From Candidatus Eiseniibacteriota bacterium (GTDB lineage Bacteria; Eisenbacteria; RBG-16-71-46; CAVPCR01), in assembly GCA_963702435.1 (NCBI GenBank), contig CAVPCR010000001.1, forward strand, positions 640,001-704,000: a DNA stretch of 64,000 nucleotides, in the 5' to 3' direction. Positions 62,146 to 64,000 of this stretch are shown piece after piece. A program made the position numbers and the translations under genes. The number at the start of each line of letters is the position of its first letter. The stretch's first letter is position 1. Below the pieces are notes generated by a model. That model was given only the letters and a program-made list of their open reading frames with translations, was not told the DNA's origin and did not search any database.

Positions 62146-62792
62146 TGTGCGAATCCTCCTGAGTTTTTCAGGCGAGGACCGAGGTGCAGGAGGCAGGCGA
62201 CAATGAACCGGACGCTGCCGCGACCGGGAGAGGATGCCGCGCCGCTGCCCGCTTCGCTCCTGCGATGACACCGGGCGCCGCGAGGCACCCGGTTCGGGCA
62301 GCGGCCAGAGCCGCTTCCTGGCCTCTCGAAGAACGACGTCGGACTCGAGGAGAGTCCGCGCCACGGACGCATGCACTATGGCCCCGGCTCGAGAGGAGCC
62401 GGGCCCAGCGGGGGATGCGTGCCGACCCCGAAGCGGGGTCGGCGGGAAAACCCGAGCGGAGCTTTCAGCCCCGCCGGCTCACCTAAAGGAGCCGCCTTGG
62501 GAGAGTTAAGGTCGTGGGTTGGGCCCAGGCTCGTGGCCGGGCCGTCGCCCCTTGGGTCTTTGCGTTTGCCGAACTGGAGCGGCCGAGATACGCGAAGTGC
62601 TTGATCAGCCAGCGTTTGGACGATCCAGGGATCAACGCGGCGAGAAGTAGCCCCCAGGGCTGATGTAAGCTAGCATGATCCTTGCCCATCCGGCAACCAA
62701 AAAACACCGGTAGGCGTCCATTTTCGGCTGCCGGCCGCGATCCAGCTCTCCGTCGCCGGCTTCGCCATCGCCACCGGGCCAGGCGGACGCGG

Positions 62793-64000
62793 TCATCTGA
62801 GGAGCTCGACCCTCCCGCCGACCTCGTCTTCACCCGCGACCAGCCGCGTGAAGTAGACACCGGCCGGCAGGGCGCGTCCCCGGGCGTCCCGGCCGTCCCA
62901 GCGCACGACCTCGTTTTCGGCTACCACCGGCGTGTCCAATAGGACTTTCACGCACCGTCCGGCGGCATCGTGAATCGTGAGGCGGACGCGACCGCCTCGC
63001 CGGCCCGCTTCGCCCACGCCGAATGGAATCGCCACCGCCGAACGGAAGGGATTCGGGAAGGCCGGATCGAGCCGGAGCGCCGCAGGAGACGGATCCCCCG
63101 CGCCGCCTGCGGGCTCCTCCCCCACGCCGGTGGCGAGAAGCGGCGTGAGCGCAATGGCCAGCTCGGTCGTGCGCTCGAAGGCGAGATCGACCGCGACCTG
63201 CCGGGCCTCGTAACCGGGCGCGTACGCCAAGATCTCGTGGCGACCTTCGCCCGTCGCGGCCCCGAAGCGCCCGGTCAGATCGGTGCGCAGACGGCGGCCG
63301 GCGCTCTCGAGACGCACATCGGCCCCCGGGATGGGAAGGCCGGTCGCCGCCGAGGTCACCCGTCCGGCGAGTTCCGCCCAGCGCGCTCCATCGAAGCGGA
63401 ACTGGTAGAGACCGCGCCGGCGATCGCTCGCATAGACGAGCGGATCGCTGCCCGCCCCCAGGGCGACACCCCAGCATCCTTCGAACAGCCCGCCCGGCGC
63501 GGCCGGGTAGGTGTCGAAGTAGCCCACCTCGACCGGACGTTCGGGATCGGCGACGTCGAGCACGCGGAGGCCCGCCTGGTAGTAGCTCACGAAGGCATGC
63601 CGCCCCGAGACGGCCACGTTGTGAATGGCGAGCGCGGGCTGCCCCGCCGCGGCATCGGTCCGCCAGGTGGCAACCAGCTCGAGCGAACTCGCGCCGTCCC
63701 ATCTGTACACCCGCATGCCGCCCGCGACGATGGGACCGCCCGGCCACCAGCTTTCGATCTCGTTCATCACGAGGACATGGCGGCGGTCCGCCGTGGGCCA
63801 GACGCTGTGCGCGTGGTAGTGGGGTCGCGGTCCGGCGTTGGTGTCGGCGGCGGCAAGATGTACCGGGTGCGCCGGGTCGCGCACGTCCCAGATGTGGAAG
63901 CCGCCCCATCCGCCGCCCTCGTAGAGGATGCCGTCGAGCACGGTGATGTCGTGCGCCCCGGCCGTGGTCAGCTCGGCGAGGAGGACGGGCACGAGCGGAT
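62793..64000 (-). CDS. Secreted LVIVD-repeat (choice-of-anchor B-like) protein with carboxypeptidase-regulatory-like and FlgD domains; 5' end outside the window
   Basis: HAHSVW, SYYQAGLRVLDVADPERPVEVGYFDT, GCWGV, GRVTSAATGLPIPGA, FPNPF...WDGRDARGRALPAGVYF. Confidence 0.85.
   Translation of the reverse strand, partial: PLVPVLLAELTTAGAHDITVLDGILYEGGGWGGFHIWDVRDPAHPVHLAAADTNAGPRPHYHAHSVWPTADRRHVLVMNEIESWWPGGPIVAGGMRVYRWDGASSLELVATWRTDAAAGQPALAIHNVAVSGRHAFVSYYQAGLRVLDVADPERPVEVGYFDTYPAAPGGLFEGCWGVALGAGSDPLVYASDRRRGLYQFRFDGARWAELAGRVTSAATGLPIPGADVRLESAGRRLRTDLTGRFGAATGEGRHEILAYAPGYEARQVAVDLAFERTTELAIALTPLLATGVGEEPAGGAGDPSPAALRLDPAFPNPFRSAVAIPFGVGEAGRRGGRVRLTIHDAAGRCVKVLLDTPVVAENEVVRWDGRDARGRALPAGVYFTRLVAGEDEVGGRVELLR

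Noticed and set aside
62555..62575. c-di-GMP-I riboswitch (GGCAAAC...GCAAAG on the minus strand)
   Set aside because: The GAAA-capped stem required between the two motifs is missing, and there is no matching 3' stem.

Overview
High-GC bacterial chromosome segment, gene-dense, with no rRNA, tRNA, CRISPR array or transposase that I can recognise. The secreted proteins end either in a FlgD-Ig/T9SS-like domain or in a short TWGxIKxxY[KR] tail. This resembles FCB-related candidate lineages such as Eisenbacteria or Latescibacterota, which is an inference. Contents from left to right: (1) a regulatory module on the minus strand, in transcription order a small secreted GDPDE-repeat peptide, a 1060-aa TPR-GAF-sigma54 activator, a sigma54 promoter driving a ~260-nt hairpin transcript with its own terminator, and a second sigma54-like promoter ahead of an FN3 lipoprotein operon; (2) rlmN, a histidine kinase fused in frame to a probable exported domain, NUDIX, ROK kinase, M48 peptidase, a Rho-N protein, YqeY and an S8 protease; (3) a copper efflux cluster (TolC, CusB, CusA, Cu P1B-ATPase); (4) three DVUA0089-like paralogs around ettA; (5) an ATP-grasp gene convergent with a CUAEP-tail radical SAM selenoprotein (in-frame UGA plus SECIS-like hairpin), yggX, nupC, an FG-GAP protein and a VOC protein; (6) a ~13-kb segment bracketed by inverted pairs of a conserved repeat, holding a second RND system, Fe-S/HMA genes, DUF3597, GH13 and decayed ORFs; (7) an S9 peptidase and a hdrCBA-mvhDGA operon; (8) a secreted beta-propeller glycosidase, a lipoprotein with a hairpin-dense leader and a partial LVIVD protein. 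The best candidate for an undescribed system is the peptide / TPR-sigma54 activator / sRNA module at about 1.0-5.5 kb. All calls were made by eye from motifs; no database searches were run.
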